Shown: positions 12,692 to 26,733, numbered from the stretch's first letter. The stretch is DNA of 64,000 nt from Eledone cirrhosa (GCA_964016885.1 OZ024742.1:239940001-240004000); one strand, 5' to 3'. The notes: generated from the letters alone by a model not told the origin. A program made the numbers and translations.

Positions 12692-13505
12692 TCTATATAT
12701 ATAAAAGTGAGGATGTCTGTCTGTGTGTGTGTGTGAGTTTGAATCCCTAAAACTCGAGAAGCACCCAACCGACTGTTTTCAAACTTTACACATGTAATAC
12801 TGATGTTTCAGGGAGTGTTCTGAGCAAAAAAATTCCAAATTTAGGCGATTTATAATATCCGTCTGTATTTCTGTCTGTCTGCATTACGTTACTGTGTGTG
12901 TGCGTGTGCATGTGTGTGTGCGCGCGCGCGCGTTAGTTTGAACCCCTAAAACTCAAGAAGTACCCAACCGACTTTTTTCAAACTTTACATGTGTATTACT
13001 TGTTTCAGGGAGTGTTATGCACATAAAAAAATAAACTTTTTGATCTCCTAGGGCCCTCGGGTTAAAAACTGCGTTTTTTAAGCTTTTTAGGAGTTTTTTG
13101 AGGTGTTACATCAGACCGATTTCCTTGAAATTGTAACTATGTATTAGTCAGTCTCTTCTTCATACCATGAGCAAAGAAAATCCAACTTCTTTAAGGCTTA
13201 GGGCCCGCATTAGGTGAAAAACAATTTTTTTCCCCTTCTTTTTAGGGCTTTTTGGAGGCATTACGTCTAGCCGATTTTCCTTAAATTTCAAGGCATATTA
13301 TGCATATAAAAAAAATTTATTTTCTTGATCCCCTAGGTGAAAACCTGCATTTTTCCTGCTTCATTGAGGAAAACCTTAAAGATCTGAGTATTCGGTTTAT
13401 TTTCTTTACATATTGTCCAGGCATGCAGTTTTTCCACGATTAGGTCTGTTGGCGGCCCGCATTCCAAAATACCTTATCCCGTGCAACGCCGGGTACCACT
13501 GCTAG
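12692..13505 (+). mobile_element. Non-autonomous Helitron with internal duplication
   Basis: 5' TCtatatatataaaagtgaggatgtctgtctg; 3' hairpin cccgtgcaacgccggg then taccactgCTAG|T; ~105-bp block repeated at ~12735 and ~12935. Confidence 0.85.
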
Positions 13506-14632
13506 TTATATATAAGAATATTTATGTTTAATCAACAACTACGAAATTTAGTAGATAAATTATGTAATATTCATTCATTATTTATTCAAAGTAATCTAAC
13601 TTATTTTACTAACGAGATAAAAAAATATAATCGGGACGCAGTCCTGCACTCCTCCCTTTATTATAGTTATGATTTACTATTATATTTTCATTGTAAAGGC
13701 TTTACTTCACATAATTATCTCACATAATATCGAATCTATGAGATTTTGATATCATTTATTTTGAGAATACCTTAATATCAATAGGAATGCCCAGTTACAG
13801 CCGGTTTGAACAGAAAGAGGTGAGAGAATTCTGGCCGGATATGGCTGGTTTAAATGCTAAAGGGTTAAAGCAAGTAAAATCATACAGATTTTCCTCCTAT
13901 GCCATTTTTCAGAACTTGCAGTATTAGACCAAGTACTTCAATTTTCAATGTAGTTAGACAGTGTTGTTTTGTTTATCATCATCACTATCATTGTTTAAAG
14001 TATATTTAGTCAATGTCTTTCTAATAATGAGGTTTCATGTGGTACAGGACATTAAGAGTTAATAAAGGAGACTATATGCTTGCCTACAAGTGGCTCATTT
14101 GGAGAGAACCCAATGAATGTTAATGTTCCAAATACCAATAGCTCTTAGAATATAGATTTACTCCTCCACCTCCTACTACTACTACTACTACTACTACTCG
14201 ATAGACAAAGGAATGACATGATTTAATGGTAAGCTGACTCCTGCAAGTCAGTTCATTTCTACTGAGTTATGCAGATGTGTAAAGGAGAACCCAATAAAAA
14301 GCAGCAGTTAATTGATTGTATATATGTATCTACACAAACACCACCACCATCATCATTATTATTATCATTATCATTATTATTTCAGGTCCATTTTTCTATC
14401 AGTTTGGATGGAACCTTTCCAACACACACACACACATGCACGCTATGAATTAGCCCAAAGCAAGGAATCATGGGACGTGTTTTTGAACCTTGTTTTGCTG
14501 TATTAATATATTTTCTCTCTCTCTCTCTCACACACACTTTTTTTCTAGTATAAACGTGTGTGTGTGCTTACTGATGTAAACCTCTGCATCAAGTTGAGTC
14601 CTTTTATGTCAAAGGATAACTTAGTCATATGA

Positions 14633-14898
14633 TTAACCCATTTGACACCATCCCTCCTGGAACTGGTCTTGGTTCTATGATACAGAGCTCTTTATTTTAA
14701 AAGTGTCTAAATTTATCAAAAAACTCCTCTTCATAATTTTTATGTAAGAACTTTTGTCAAGTTATGTTCCAAACATCAGTTTAATAAGGAGAAGGTTACT
14801 TATATTACTAAATCCCTACAAATTCTTGATTATTTTCAAAATTACTTGAAAATCATAGGCAGTGTCTTTCATTAGAAATATGGTAATGAAAGGGTTAA
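14633..14898 (+). mobile_element. TTAA-flanked MITE family A (~260 bp, piggyBac-like)
   Basis: ttaacccatttga ... tgaaagggttaa (TTAA-CCC...GGG-TTAA termini). More than 15 copies or fragments, e.g. 3283, 9779-10222, 33230, 37270, 39895, 40923, 43657, 53760, 58550, 63783. Confidence 0.85.
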
Positions 14899-15162
14899 AG
14901 TGTTTATATTTATCTAAAAACCTTTCAAACTAATAATGAGAAAGTTAGTTATCCCTACAAATTCTTGACTGTTTTCAAAATTATTTGAAAATGACAGGCA
15001 GAGTATTTCATGAGAGGGTTTAATAGAAATCAATAAAGTAACTACCAGGTTGAAATTAGTGTTGGAGTCAATATCGATGGACTAAAACCATTGACATTGA
15101 AGATGGTGCCCCAGTTTGGCTGTGCTCAATGAAACCAGTTGAAGAATTAAAAGGAAAACAAT

Positions 15163-15165
<3 letters not shown>

Positions 15166-15236
<71 letters not shown>

Positions 15237-15406
15237 TACATGTATAAGAAAGGTGGATGGACAGACAGACAGGCAGACATATGTGGATAGACAGACATAC
15301 AGATAAATGGATGGATGGATAGATGGATGGATGGATGGATAGACAGATAGATGGATGGATAGACAGATAGATGGATGGATGGACAGATAGATAGATGGAC
15401 AGATGG

Positions 15407-15442
<36 letters not shown>

Positions 15443-15680
15443 ATGGATGGATGGACGGACGGACGGACGGACGGACGGATGGATGGATGGATGGATAGAT
15501 AAATGAATAGACAGACAGCTAGACAGATGACTAAACAGGCAGACAGGTGGATGGATAGACAGAGATAGATGACTAGACAGAGACATGCAGGAATGGATTA
15601 ATAGACGGACAGATACAGATTGTCAGATAGTGACAAAGATCGAAAGATAGACAGACAAATAGATAGACTGACAAATAGAT
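15166..15680. repeat. Compound microsatellite (CA)n followed by (GGAT)n/(GGAC)n/(AGAC)n/(AGAT)n
   Basis: Directly visible. Confidence 0.95.
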
Positions 15681-15891
15681 ACTAAAAAGAAATAGAATAT
15701 TTCAGGAAGTCATTTCCAAAACAGAACAGTAGTATTCTTGTACATTTAGCTCTGTTGATTTATTTATTCAGTCATTAGTATATTCCTGAAGGAATATTTC
15801 CTATATAGCATTCACACTAATCAAACACACCACTCACTACTCACTACTAAAATGACACCTTGCACTTTGCTTTTTTATTTTATATAGTAAT

Positions 15892-16412
15892 GTGAAGGTG
15901 CATGGCTTAGTGGTGAGAGTGTTTGTAAGGTGATTGTAAGATTATGATGTTGATGATGGGTGGTGCTTTATGTCCTTGAGCAAAACACTTTATTTCATGT
16001 TGCTCCAGTCCATTCAGCTGGCAAAAATAAGTGGTACCTGTCATTCTTCATAGAGTCAGCTTTATCACACACAATGCCATGCTGAAACTCACTGAGAACT
16101 ACATTATGGCTACACATGTCCATGAAAGATAGGCTGTACCTGTGATTCAAGAAGACCAGCCTTGTCGAACACTATGTTACACTAAATCTCGCTGAGAACG
16201 ATTTTACGGCTCCCTCTTGTAAATACTCAACCACTCACACTATATTACAAAAGGGAATGTATGTGGCACTGTGATGCTGAGCCTCCCTGAGAATTATGTT
16301 AAGGATGCACATGTCTGTGGAATACTCAGAAATTTGCACATTAATTTCACCATGAAGCAGTTCCATTGGTTTGAATAACTGAAACACTCATCATGAGAAC
16401 CGATGGCTCTCC
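15892..16412 (+). mobile_element. SINE with family-B-type head and an alternative tail repeated about three times
   Basis: gtgaaggtgcatggcttagtggtgag...gtccttgagcaaaacactt, then three ctgagaa-containing units; the same tail occurs at 48350-48480 and at 36690-36840 (minus). Confidence 0.65.
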
Positions 16413-16589
16413 AGCACACACATTATATAGTAATGATATGCAGTTGTATATTTGGCAGAAAATAGTTTTCTTTTAGAGAAATGAATTAGCTTCACATTAG
16501 TAAATGTCTAATGAAACAGTGAATAAACATATGCTAACACAATTCTAGTCTCCCTGAGGTGAAGAAGCCTCTATGGAGTGCATGCCTCA

Positions 16590-17218
16590 TCTAAACCATT
16601 TTGATATTGAACTGCCTGTATCTGTGGTATATATCTGCTTGATTTTAAAGTGCTTATATTTATGTAAAACCCTTCCATCATAATTTTATATTAGAATATT
16701 TTGTTAACCCTTTTGATATCCTCTCCACCCCCAGAGAATGCCCTGTTACTAAGATACAAAACTGTTTGAAAGTGCTTATATTTATTTAAAAACCTTTGTT
16801 CCAAACACCAACTTACTAAGAAAATTTATTATATTACTAAATCACTCCAAATTTCTGATAATTTTCAAACAGGTTTAAGAGTTTGAATATGATTTTTCAA
16901 CAGGTTGATGTTCAAGCCATCCACACTGTTTGATTTTCAGTATAGCTATAAAAATGATATCTACTGATACCCATTTTTGATACCAAACTGCCTGAAAGTG
17001 TCCATGGTTCTATGATAAGAAACGTTTTGTTCTAAAGTATTTATCTAAAAACATTCCATCATAATTTTATGTCAGAACATTTGTGAAATTATGTTCCAAA
17101 CACCCACTCAATAACAAGAAAGTTAGTTATATTACTAAATCCTTTCTTGATTATTTTCAAAATTATTTGAAAATCATAGGCAGTCTTTCACAAGAAATAT
17201 GGTGAAGAAAGGGGTTAA
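16590..17218 (+). mobile_element. Cluster of three MITE family A copies/fragments
   Basis: Repeated tttgata..aactgcctg...aaagtgcttatattta...ttccaaacacc; the last ends ggggttaa. Confidence 0.7.
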
Positions 17219-18021
17219 AGAAATGGTAAAAATAATGATTGTTACTTCAAATAAATATCTCATTTGGGAAAGAATGAGAGAGAAATGTATTGAAAATTAA
17301 TATTTTTTCACATAGAAATATTAGCAATCAGAACAATGAATATTGTATATTAAAGTGAGTTTCACTTTGATCTAGCAAATTATTGTTAATAATTGCAGCA
17401 ATACATTTGAATAGTGGATGATAAGCTAAAACTACTCAATCCATCAGCTCAGATAATTCAACACTACATATAACAAACAGATATCTAACCAGATTTAACA
17501 TGAAGCCATTTTTGAAAATTTATTTTAACAAAATATGTCCCAAAAAAGAGAGCATGGTTAAAACTTTTTCATTACCATATTTCTAATGAAAGGTTTTAAA
17601 TCATTTTTAAAAAAAAAAATTTTATTAATTGGAGGTATTTAGTAAAATGACTTTCTCATAATGAAGCTATTAAGTTGGTATTTGGAAGATAAAATAAAAG
17701 TTTCTAACAAAATTATGTTGGAAATTTTTAATTTAAATATAAATACTTCAAAGTAAAGAATTTTGTAATATTGAAACAGATAGCTTGGTACCAAAATGGT
17801 TAAATAATTAGTAGTTATTGTATTAAATATCAAAATATCAGGGGTAAGTATTTTCACTGGGAGAATAATACTGCTTAATACCTAATATCAATTTTACACA
17901 AACATTTTGTGATTAAATCAAAGTTATCATATACAAACTAGTACAAAACCTACCGATTTATGAACGGAATATATTTGGTTTCTTCTTTGTATGTGTGTAC
18001 AAAAGTGCAAACACAAACACA

Positions 18022-18071
<50 letters not shown>

Positions 18072-18541
18072 TGCACCCAGAATACGCTATAAAGTGGTTG
18101 GTGATAGGAAAGGAATCTAGCTATAGAAACCTTGCCAGACAAAAAGTTGGAAGCATTCTCCTGTTGTGTCAAGGACATGACAACCTGCCTAGTGCTGATA
18201 AATGCACCCAGTACATGCTGTTAAGTGATTGGTGATAGGAAGAGCATCCAGCCATAAAAATCTTCCCAAACAGAGGGTTGGGATATATCTATCTATATAT
18301 ATATATGTAGAGAGAGACCACGCCGTAAACCGAGAGCACTCATTTCTGATGTGAATGGTAGCATTTTAGAACGTTTTTATTTAATTTATTTTTTTTTATT
18401 TTTTATAGACAGTAGCGCTTGTGTAACAGATGCGCAAAAAAGCTACACAGCTTTTTAGAATATAGATTAACAAACCAACAAGTACTTCCAACTCAGTATT
18501 ATCATTCTCACCTCCACACTAACAACAATCAAAAAGACAAG

Positions 18542-18777
18542 TTAACGCTTTTAATACCAAACTGCCTGAAACCACACCTGAGTCTATGATACAAAACTGG
18601 GTTTTAAAATGTTTATATTTATGTAATAACCTTTGCTAATTTGTTCCAAACACCAGGAACATAATGAGAAATTTAGCTATATTACCAAATCCCTACAAAT
18701 TCTTGATTAGTTTCAAAAGTATTTGAAAAAAAATCAAGCAATATTTTTCATTAGAAATATTGTAATGAAAGGGTTAA
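18542..18777 (+). mobile_element. MITE family A, complete copy
   Basis: ttaacgcttttaataccaaactgcc ... taatgaaagggttaa. Confidence 0.85.
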
Positions 18778-19006
18778 AAATACTTTCCTTTTTATCTATT
18801 ATGTCAAACTGAAAATGAAATCATATTTACAGCTCACACTTATGCAGTTTTAGCTGAAGTTGTATTTCATAGATTTCTCAGGAGTTTTAATAATAGAGGG
18901 CCCCAGTTTTCAAAAATATTTGATCATAGGCAATGTCTTCCATGAGAATATGGTAAAGTAAGGGTTAAATTTGATAAATTTAGTGACATGCCATAAAAAG
19001 TCTTTA

Positions 19007-19111
<105 letters not shown>

Positions 19112-19428
19112 ACGCGCATGCATATGTAACAACAGAAAAAAAATCAATTTACACCTCTCACATCTATGAGTTTGACTGGCTTCATACGAGGTTGCATCTT
19201 ATAGGAAGTTTCTCAGGTGTTTTAATAATAGGGGCCTCAGTCCTATCATGAAAAATGACATGAAATGAAATAGTGCCTTGCTAAAGAACACAACATATTC
19301 ACCCAGTCCAAGAATCAAACCCCACTACTCTTATAAACAAAATTTCAATGCCTTAACTACTAGGCTATGTGCCCTCATGTAATACTTTCAAAATAGACAA
19401 TGTGGTTGATGCATTAGAAGAGCATATA

Positions 19429-19513
<85 letters not shown>

Positions 19514-19669
19514 CAAAACTAATAGGCATTAAATTGTTCTTACTGCAATGAGGATGTTAAAAGACTGTCATGAGGAAATATACTGGTCCAGGAATCCAAC
19601 CCACTACTTTACAATCATACGCCCAACAACCTTAATCACTAGGCCATGCATTATGTTGCAAACACTTAC

Positions 19670-19777
19670 CTGAACAAAATATTTCAAATGTTTGATATCA
19701 TTATTCTTCAATCTCGACACAACATGATCAATCCCCCGCAAGTTAACGTCCAAGTGTAGGTTAAATCCGTTAGCCAT
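19670..19777 (-). CDS. Candidate first coding exon of an unidentified host gene: MANGFNLHLDVNLRGIDHVVSRLKNNDIKHLKYFVQ
   Basis: Non-repetitive sequence; ATG followed by G; 36 open codons ending in phase 0 at a consensus donor CAG|GTAAGT. No partner exon recognised. Confidence 0.45.
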
Positions 19778-20490
19778 CGAGTCAGATGACAACAAATATA
19801 TACTTTCATATATATATATTTTAACACAAAATCTTTATGATTTCAGAAATATTTACTTTTATATATTTTCTTAGATGCCAAAAATTTCACCTTTTGACAT
19901 TATTTCTTTTTTATTATTTTTTTTTTACATTAGAACTTTCTTGTATAATTTCTTTGTGTGTGTGTAAATGTGTATATATGTATGTGTGTATTTATATGTA
20001 GGTATGTGCAAGAGTGTGTAGGTGTGTGTGTAGGTGTGTGTGTGTGTGTGTCTACGTATATAATAGTGGGTGTTATTTTCTTTTCACTATGATGAAGTAA
20101 AACAAAAATAAAAAAAAATACTAACTAAAAAAACACGCAACAACAGAAGAGAAACTAAACAGCAAAGTGACGGAGTAAAAGATGAGAGGAACGAGAAGAA
20201 TATTTATCCAGAGGTTGGAGAATAAACAGGTAAATCCATTCCAGAGGTAGATATCCATGTAAGAAAGAGGTATCCATAAGTGTAATCCACGGTAGTAAAT
20301 ATGAAAGGTTCATCTTTGAAGTGACTTTATACAGCAGCCTCATTGTCAAAGAGTAACGCATGGCTCTCAACAATTGCACCCACTGCTGTACAATGGCTAT
20401 GCTGATGGCTATGGTTGTAGCTAATTACAGCTGTAGAATGCCTATTATGATAGCTATGCCTATGGTTATGACTAAATAGCTAGTTACAGC

Positions 20491-20873
20491 TTAACTCACT
20501 CTAACATCCTATAGTGATTTAGCAGAAAATATCTAAAGGCTGGTTTGTTAATTCAAATGTTTATGTTTATAGTAAGTATCTTAACTAGTAGACAGATCGT
20601 TATGAAAATTTGCAGTATTAGACTAAAGTAACGACTTTAATTTTTAATGTGATGCAGTCATAGTACTGCTTGGTACTTTTCATGGTTGTCTTGCTAATGC
20701 AATTTCACGAGGTTTGTTAATTCAAATGTTTATAGTATAGTTGTGAAAATATGCAGAAGTGAACTCAAGTAAAGATTTTAATTGTTAATGTAATGCAGCC
20801 ATATAGTGGTGTTGTGTACTTTTCAAGGATGTCTAGCTAATGCAGTTTCATGTGGTATAGGACATTAACAGTT
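20491..20873 (+). mobile_element. MITE family C with internal tandem duplication
   Basis: ggtttgttaattcaaatgttta...atgcagtcata...tacttttca...gctaatgca occurs twice; ends taggacattaacagttga. Confidence 0.7.
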
Positions 20874-21799
20874 GATGTTTGCAGATACTGGTAGGAGGGA
20901 GAAAAAAAAGATACTTTTCTTCCTAAATACAATGTATTACTTTTTTTATCTTTTAGTGCCACTGATTAGAGACAAAAGCTGTTACCATTAATGTTACTGT
21001 TGCTATCATCCCAAACTATATTATCCATCATATGTAGTCATCAGAAACCAATATATTTTATTTTATAATCCTTTAGAGATTCTGAGAGGTTGGCAACACT
21101 GTGGTTACCAAAAGATGAAGCATGTTGATTATATGTTCTTAGCACATAGCTACCTACAATAGATGCTTCTCCAGCTGATGAAACTGATGTGTGTATGTAT
21201 GTTTGCATGTGAGTGGAGTGTTAGTAGTAGTAGTAGTAGTAGCAGTGGTGGGTGTGATAGTGATATTAGCAGCAGTAGCAGTAGCAGTAATAGCAGATAA
21301 AGAGATGCTAATAACCATTCCTCTCTAATTCTGCTTTAAGTTGTAACAGTAAGTAAAATGCAACAGCACAAGAGCAGCAAGCAATAGAAAAGTTAGTTAT
21401 CTTACTACTACTACTACTAAAAATAACAACAACAAAACTTATAAAGTGTGAACTACACAACTAAACATCTATTTTTATGGAGAGGAACAGGGTGGAGGGA
21501 AAACAAAATGTGCATACACGCATCTATATCTAGCTATTGCATATGTATACACATACATAAACACATATCTATGTATGTGTAAGTGTGTATGCGTGCGTAT
21601 GTATGTATATGTGTCCATTGAATTGAACAGGTAACTTCCGCCACATTTTTACAACAGAGAATATTCCAATAATTACAGGGTGTATAAGTCCCCCCGAACA
21701 ACAAAAAATAATAAGCAACAACACATTGACATCCCAACTACTTGGTCAAAGATATGGCAAAAGTTATAAATTTAATTTTTGAATTACAGCAGTCATCTA

Positions 21800-21869
<70 letters not shown>

Positions 21870-21898
21870 GTGTGTGTATATATGTGTGTATGTGTGTG

Positions 21899-21929
<31 letters not shown>

Positions 21930-21971
21930 CTACATATAAATACACACACATTAATACATACATACATACAC

Positions 21972-22005
<34 letters not shown>

Positions 22006-22157
22006 TTATTAAATAACAGATTAAAGTTTAAGCAATATATATACATATATATAAAGGGTAAACAGAAATAACAACACAATAGGTACAGTATATGGAAGGG
22101 ATATATTATGTTAACGCTTGATATAGAAAGAGGCTCTTAACGTTTATAGGAAGAGGG

Positions 22158-22193
22158 TCTTAACGTTTTGGACGCTAGTCCTTCATCAGAAGA
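22158..22193 (-). ncRNA. Minimal hammerhead ribozyme motif (G12A, probably inactive) in a ~240-bp element (22052-22290)
   Basis: Minus strand: UCUU CUGAUGA A GGAC UAGC GUCC AAAA CGU U AAGA; second family copy at 45187-45395. Confidence 0.7.
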
Positions 22194-22498
22194 AAGAATG
22201 AGAAATAAGATAGATTGAGGGCACGGGCAGAATGGAATTGAAAAAAATGTCATTAGATAAAAATAACAGGTTCATTCACATCTCTTACAAAACTGTTGGT
22301 GCTGGCGTTTTGTGCATGATTTATTTTTTAGAAAAGTACATACATATACACATATATATATATACAAACGCACATAGATATTGCTAACACTATCAGTCGG
22401 AAATCCAGGAGATAACTCATCGCCCGGTGCATGAATCAAACTCACAACCTCACAACTGTGAATCCAAATCTCTAATCGCTCAGCCACGCACCTTCACA

Positions 22499-22552
<54 letters not shown>

Positions 22553-22774
22553 AATAGATACATATAGATATATATACATATATATAGAGAGAGAGAGCAA
22601 ACATCACGGGTGCTCACTCTCAAAATTATTTTTGAAAACCATTACAAATGAGCAACCGGTAAAACTTAAAACCAAAACTGAATACTAACCAATACTATTA
22701 CTAATTTTTACTTATTCCTAATTAAACTATTCTTCACTGGGAATAATTTGTCAGCATTTTCTTTTCACCAATCT

Positions 22775-22808
<34 letters not shown>

Positions 22809-22812
22809 GGAA

Positions 22813-22945
<133 letters not shown>

Positions 22946-23022
22946 TAGATACATATATATATATATATACACACATACATATATATATACACACAAATAT
23001 ACATACATACATACATATATAT

Positions 23023-23054
<32 letters not shown>

Positions 23055-23123
23055 ACATACATATATATATATATACACAAATACATATATATATATACAC
23101 ACATATATACACACACACATACG

Positions 23124-23168
<45 letters not shown>

Positions 23169-23173
23169 CATTA

Positions 23174-23395
23174 GTGAAGGTGTGTGGCTGAGTGATTAGA
23201 GAATTTGATTTGCAATCTTGAGGTTATGAGTTCGATTCCCCAACCAGGCGATGCGTTATGTCCTCGAACAAGACACTTTATATTCACGTTGCTCCTTCTA
23301 CCTGGAGTTGCAACCGATAGATAGTATTAGCAATTGGAAAGACCAACGGAAACATTGTTTCCTCGGTCCGATTGACGAGAGTCGATCATTCCTTA
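23174..23395 (+). mobile_element. tRNA-derived SINE (family-B-type head, different tail)
   Basis: A-box tggctgagtgattag, B-box gagttcgattccc, CORE-like gtcctcgaacaagacactt; related inverted head at ~22405-22497. Confidence 0.75.
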
Positions 23396-23402
23396 CACAT
23401 AC

Positions 23403-23475
<73 letters not shown>

Positions 23476-23676
23476 CATATATACACACATATATATACAC
23501 ATATATATATATATATATACATACACAAATATATAGATATATATACATACACACACATATATATATATATATACATACACAAATATATATACATACACAC
23601 ACATATATATATATATATATACATACACAAATATATATATATATATACATACACAAATATATATATATATATACAT

Positions 23677-23710
<34 letters not shown>

Positions 23711-24528
23711 ACATACATATATATATATACATACATACATATATATACATACATACATACATATACATACATACATACATATACATACATACATATACAT
23801 ACATATATATATACATACATATACATACATATATATATATACATACATACATATATGTATACATACATATATATATACATACATATCTATATACATACAT
23901 ATATATATACATACATATATATATACATACATATATATATATACATACATACATACATATATACATACATACATATATATATACATACATACATATATAT
24001 ACATACATACATATATATATATATACATACATACATATATATATACATACATATATATATATATATACACATACATACATATATATATACACATACATAT
24101 ATATATATATACACATACATACATATATATATACACATACATATATATATATATATATATACACATACATACATATATATATACACATACATATATATAT
24201 ATATATATACACATACATACATATATATATACACATACATATATATATATATATATACACATACATATATATATATATACACATACATACATATATATAT
24301 ATATACACATACATACATATATATATACACATACATATATATATACATACATATATACACATATATACACATACATACATATATATATACACATACATAT
24401 ATATATATATATACACACATACATACATATATATATATACACATACATACATATATATATACACATACATACATATATATATATATATATACACACATAC
24501 ATACATATATATATATATATACACATAG

Positions 24529-24569
<41 letters not shown>

Positions 24570-24588
24570 GCTACATATATATATATAT

Positions 24589-24619
<31 letters not shown>

Positions 24620-24620
24620 T

Positions 24621-25677
24621 GGCCGGTGCTCTGGTGCAATAAGTAGCAGCAAGTGCCCACAGAATACTAGCTCTTTCAATTGCGCAGAGGGTTCTATAGA
24701 AATAGTGGACAGCTTCAGTTACCTGGGTGACAAAATCAGCAGTGGTGGGGGGTGCTCTGAAAGTACAGTAGCTAGAGTCAGAACTGGATGAAAAAGTTCA
24801 GAGAGCTTATACCACTATTAGCCACTAAAGGGTTCTCTCTAAAAATGAAAGGCAGGTTGTATGATGCCTGCATACGAACAGCAATGTTGCATGGCAGTGG
24901 AGACCTGGGTATTGTGTGCAGAGGATATACGCAGACTAGAGAGGGAACGAAGCTTGCATGCTCCGCTGGATGTGTAATAGTAACATACGTGAACGGCAAA
25001 GCATAAGCGAACTAAGGAAAAAATTAAAAATAAGAGGGATCAGATGTTGTTTACTCGAGAGAAGGCTACGTTGGTATGGTCACGTGATGCGCATGAAAGA
25101 CGACAGCTGTATAACAAAGTGCAGGGCAATAAAGATAGACGGTAGCTACGGAGTAGACAGACCCAGAAAAACCAGGGACGAGCTGATAAATTCCGACCTC
25201 ACACACTTACACCTCTCCAAGACAATGTCACTGGACCGAGACCTTTGGCGGTACTCAGTAATAGAGAGGACCCGCCTTACCTAAATACAAAGTAAAACCT
25301 ACTACAGTCAGTAGGCATCTCTAACAAAATACACCCCCGTCCCACACCCCCACCCCTCTACCGGTCCCACCAAATCCAACCATACCCACCCCACCCCTCA
25401 CCATCAACACCGCCCCTTTCAATGTAAAGTTATGTTGGTGCCACAACATCCAGGTCGAAACAAATGAGATCGTGTAGGTGTCACAGCAAAAAAACACACA
25501 GTCCACGCTGTAATGTGGCCGTGTAGGCAACACGGTAAAAACCTCCAGCCCCCCACACTGTAAATGTGGTTGGTGTTAGGAAGGGCATCCAGCTGTAGAA
25601 AACCCGCCAGACAGTCCTATGCGAGCAAGGCAATCACTCTCTTGCCTCAAGTGAATCTCCCCGTCCAAACGATGATG
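24621..25677 (+). mobile_element. 5'-truncated RTE LINE with long 3' extension, inserted in TA repeats
   Basis: GRCSG...[11 protein letters not shown]...[10 protein letters not shown]...AMLHGS...ERRLRWYGHVMRMKDD...RPRKT (frameshifted), then ~400 bp shared with 5830-6250. Confidence 0.9.
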
Positions 25678-25690
25678 TATATGACATACA

Positions 25691-25732
<42 letters not shown>

Positions 25733-25950
25733 CATACATACATATATATACATACATACATACATATATTATATATATAACATACAATACATACATATAT
25801 ATATAAATACTATATATATATATATGTATAATATATATATATATATACTATACATATCATATATATATATATACTATATATATATATACATACTATAATA
25901 TATATACATAAATATATACTATACATACATATATATATATATATACATAC

Positions 25951-25981
<31 letters not shown>

Positions 25982-26192
25982 CATACATACATACATATAT
26001 ACTATATATATATATATAATACATACATACATATATATATATACATATATAATAATATATATACATATATATACATATATACATATATAATATATATATA
26101 CATACATATATATATATTTTATATATATATATAAATTGAAACAAAATGAAAACGAAATTTCATTTCTCACTCTTAGTATGGCACTTACTTAA

Positions 26193-26733
26193 ATGTAAGT
26201 ATGCATGTATACGTACATACATATATGTATACAGACGTACAGTAGCATGCACATATATATATATATACACTATACATACATACATATGCATACAGGTACA
26301 CATACATATATGCACGTATCAGTTTAGCGGCGCTAACGTCGCTTTGTTCGTTTGTAAACAAACTGAACAGCCTGAATTTATGCCATACGGTGTTAAGGCA
26401 ACCACGTCACCTTTTTGTTCAACACTGACACAGGAACGATGTACTAGTTTCAAGCTTGTTAGCTATCATCAGCACCGTTTACCCATCTGCCAGATAGTTG
26501 AACGTTCGAAAGTATATACTTTCCTTATGAAAATTAACGGCATAAATTCAGGCTGTTCAGTTTGTTTACAAACGAACAAAGCGACGTTATAATAAGCGCC
26601 GCTAAACTGATACGTGCATATATGTATGTGTACCTGTATGCATATGTATATATATATGTATATATATATATATATGTGCATGCTACTGTACGTCTGTATA
26701 CATATATGTATGTACGTATACATGCATACTTAC

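Larger units (their letters stand above)
10853..13672 (-). mobile_element. Non-autonomous Helitron-like element (outer), itself interrupted
   Basis: Minus strand reads A|TCataactataataaagggag ... gcagaaaaccactgCCAG|T; inserted between A and T with no TSD; 3' end resembles 12440-12691. Confidence 0.7.
10823..13868 (+). mobile_element. MITE family B split by a 2.82-kb nested insertion (left piece 10823-10852, right piece 13673-13868)
   Basis: TIRs ttaaccctttagcattta / taaatgctaaagggttaa. Joining the flanks gives cattactctata|tttactattatattt, matching the intact copy at ~62934 (cattacactatatttactattgtattt). Confidence 0.9.

Noticed and set aside
15068-15586. 172-aa SIHP-repeat ORF
   Set aside because: Translation of (CCAT)n/(TG)n microsatellites.
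17905-17948. ttttg-tgattaa...caaactagta-caaaa resembling a hammerhead relic
   Set aside because: Three core defects and no stem II; could be chance in AT-rich sequence.
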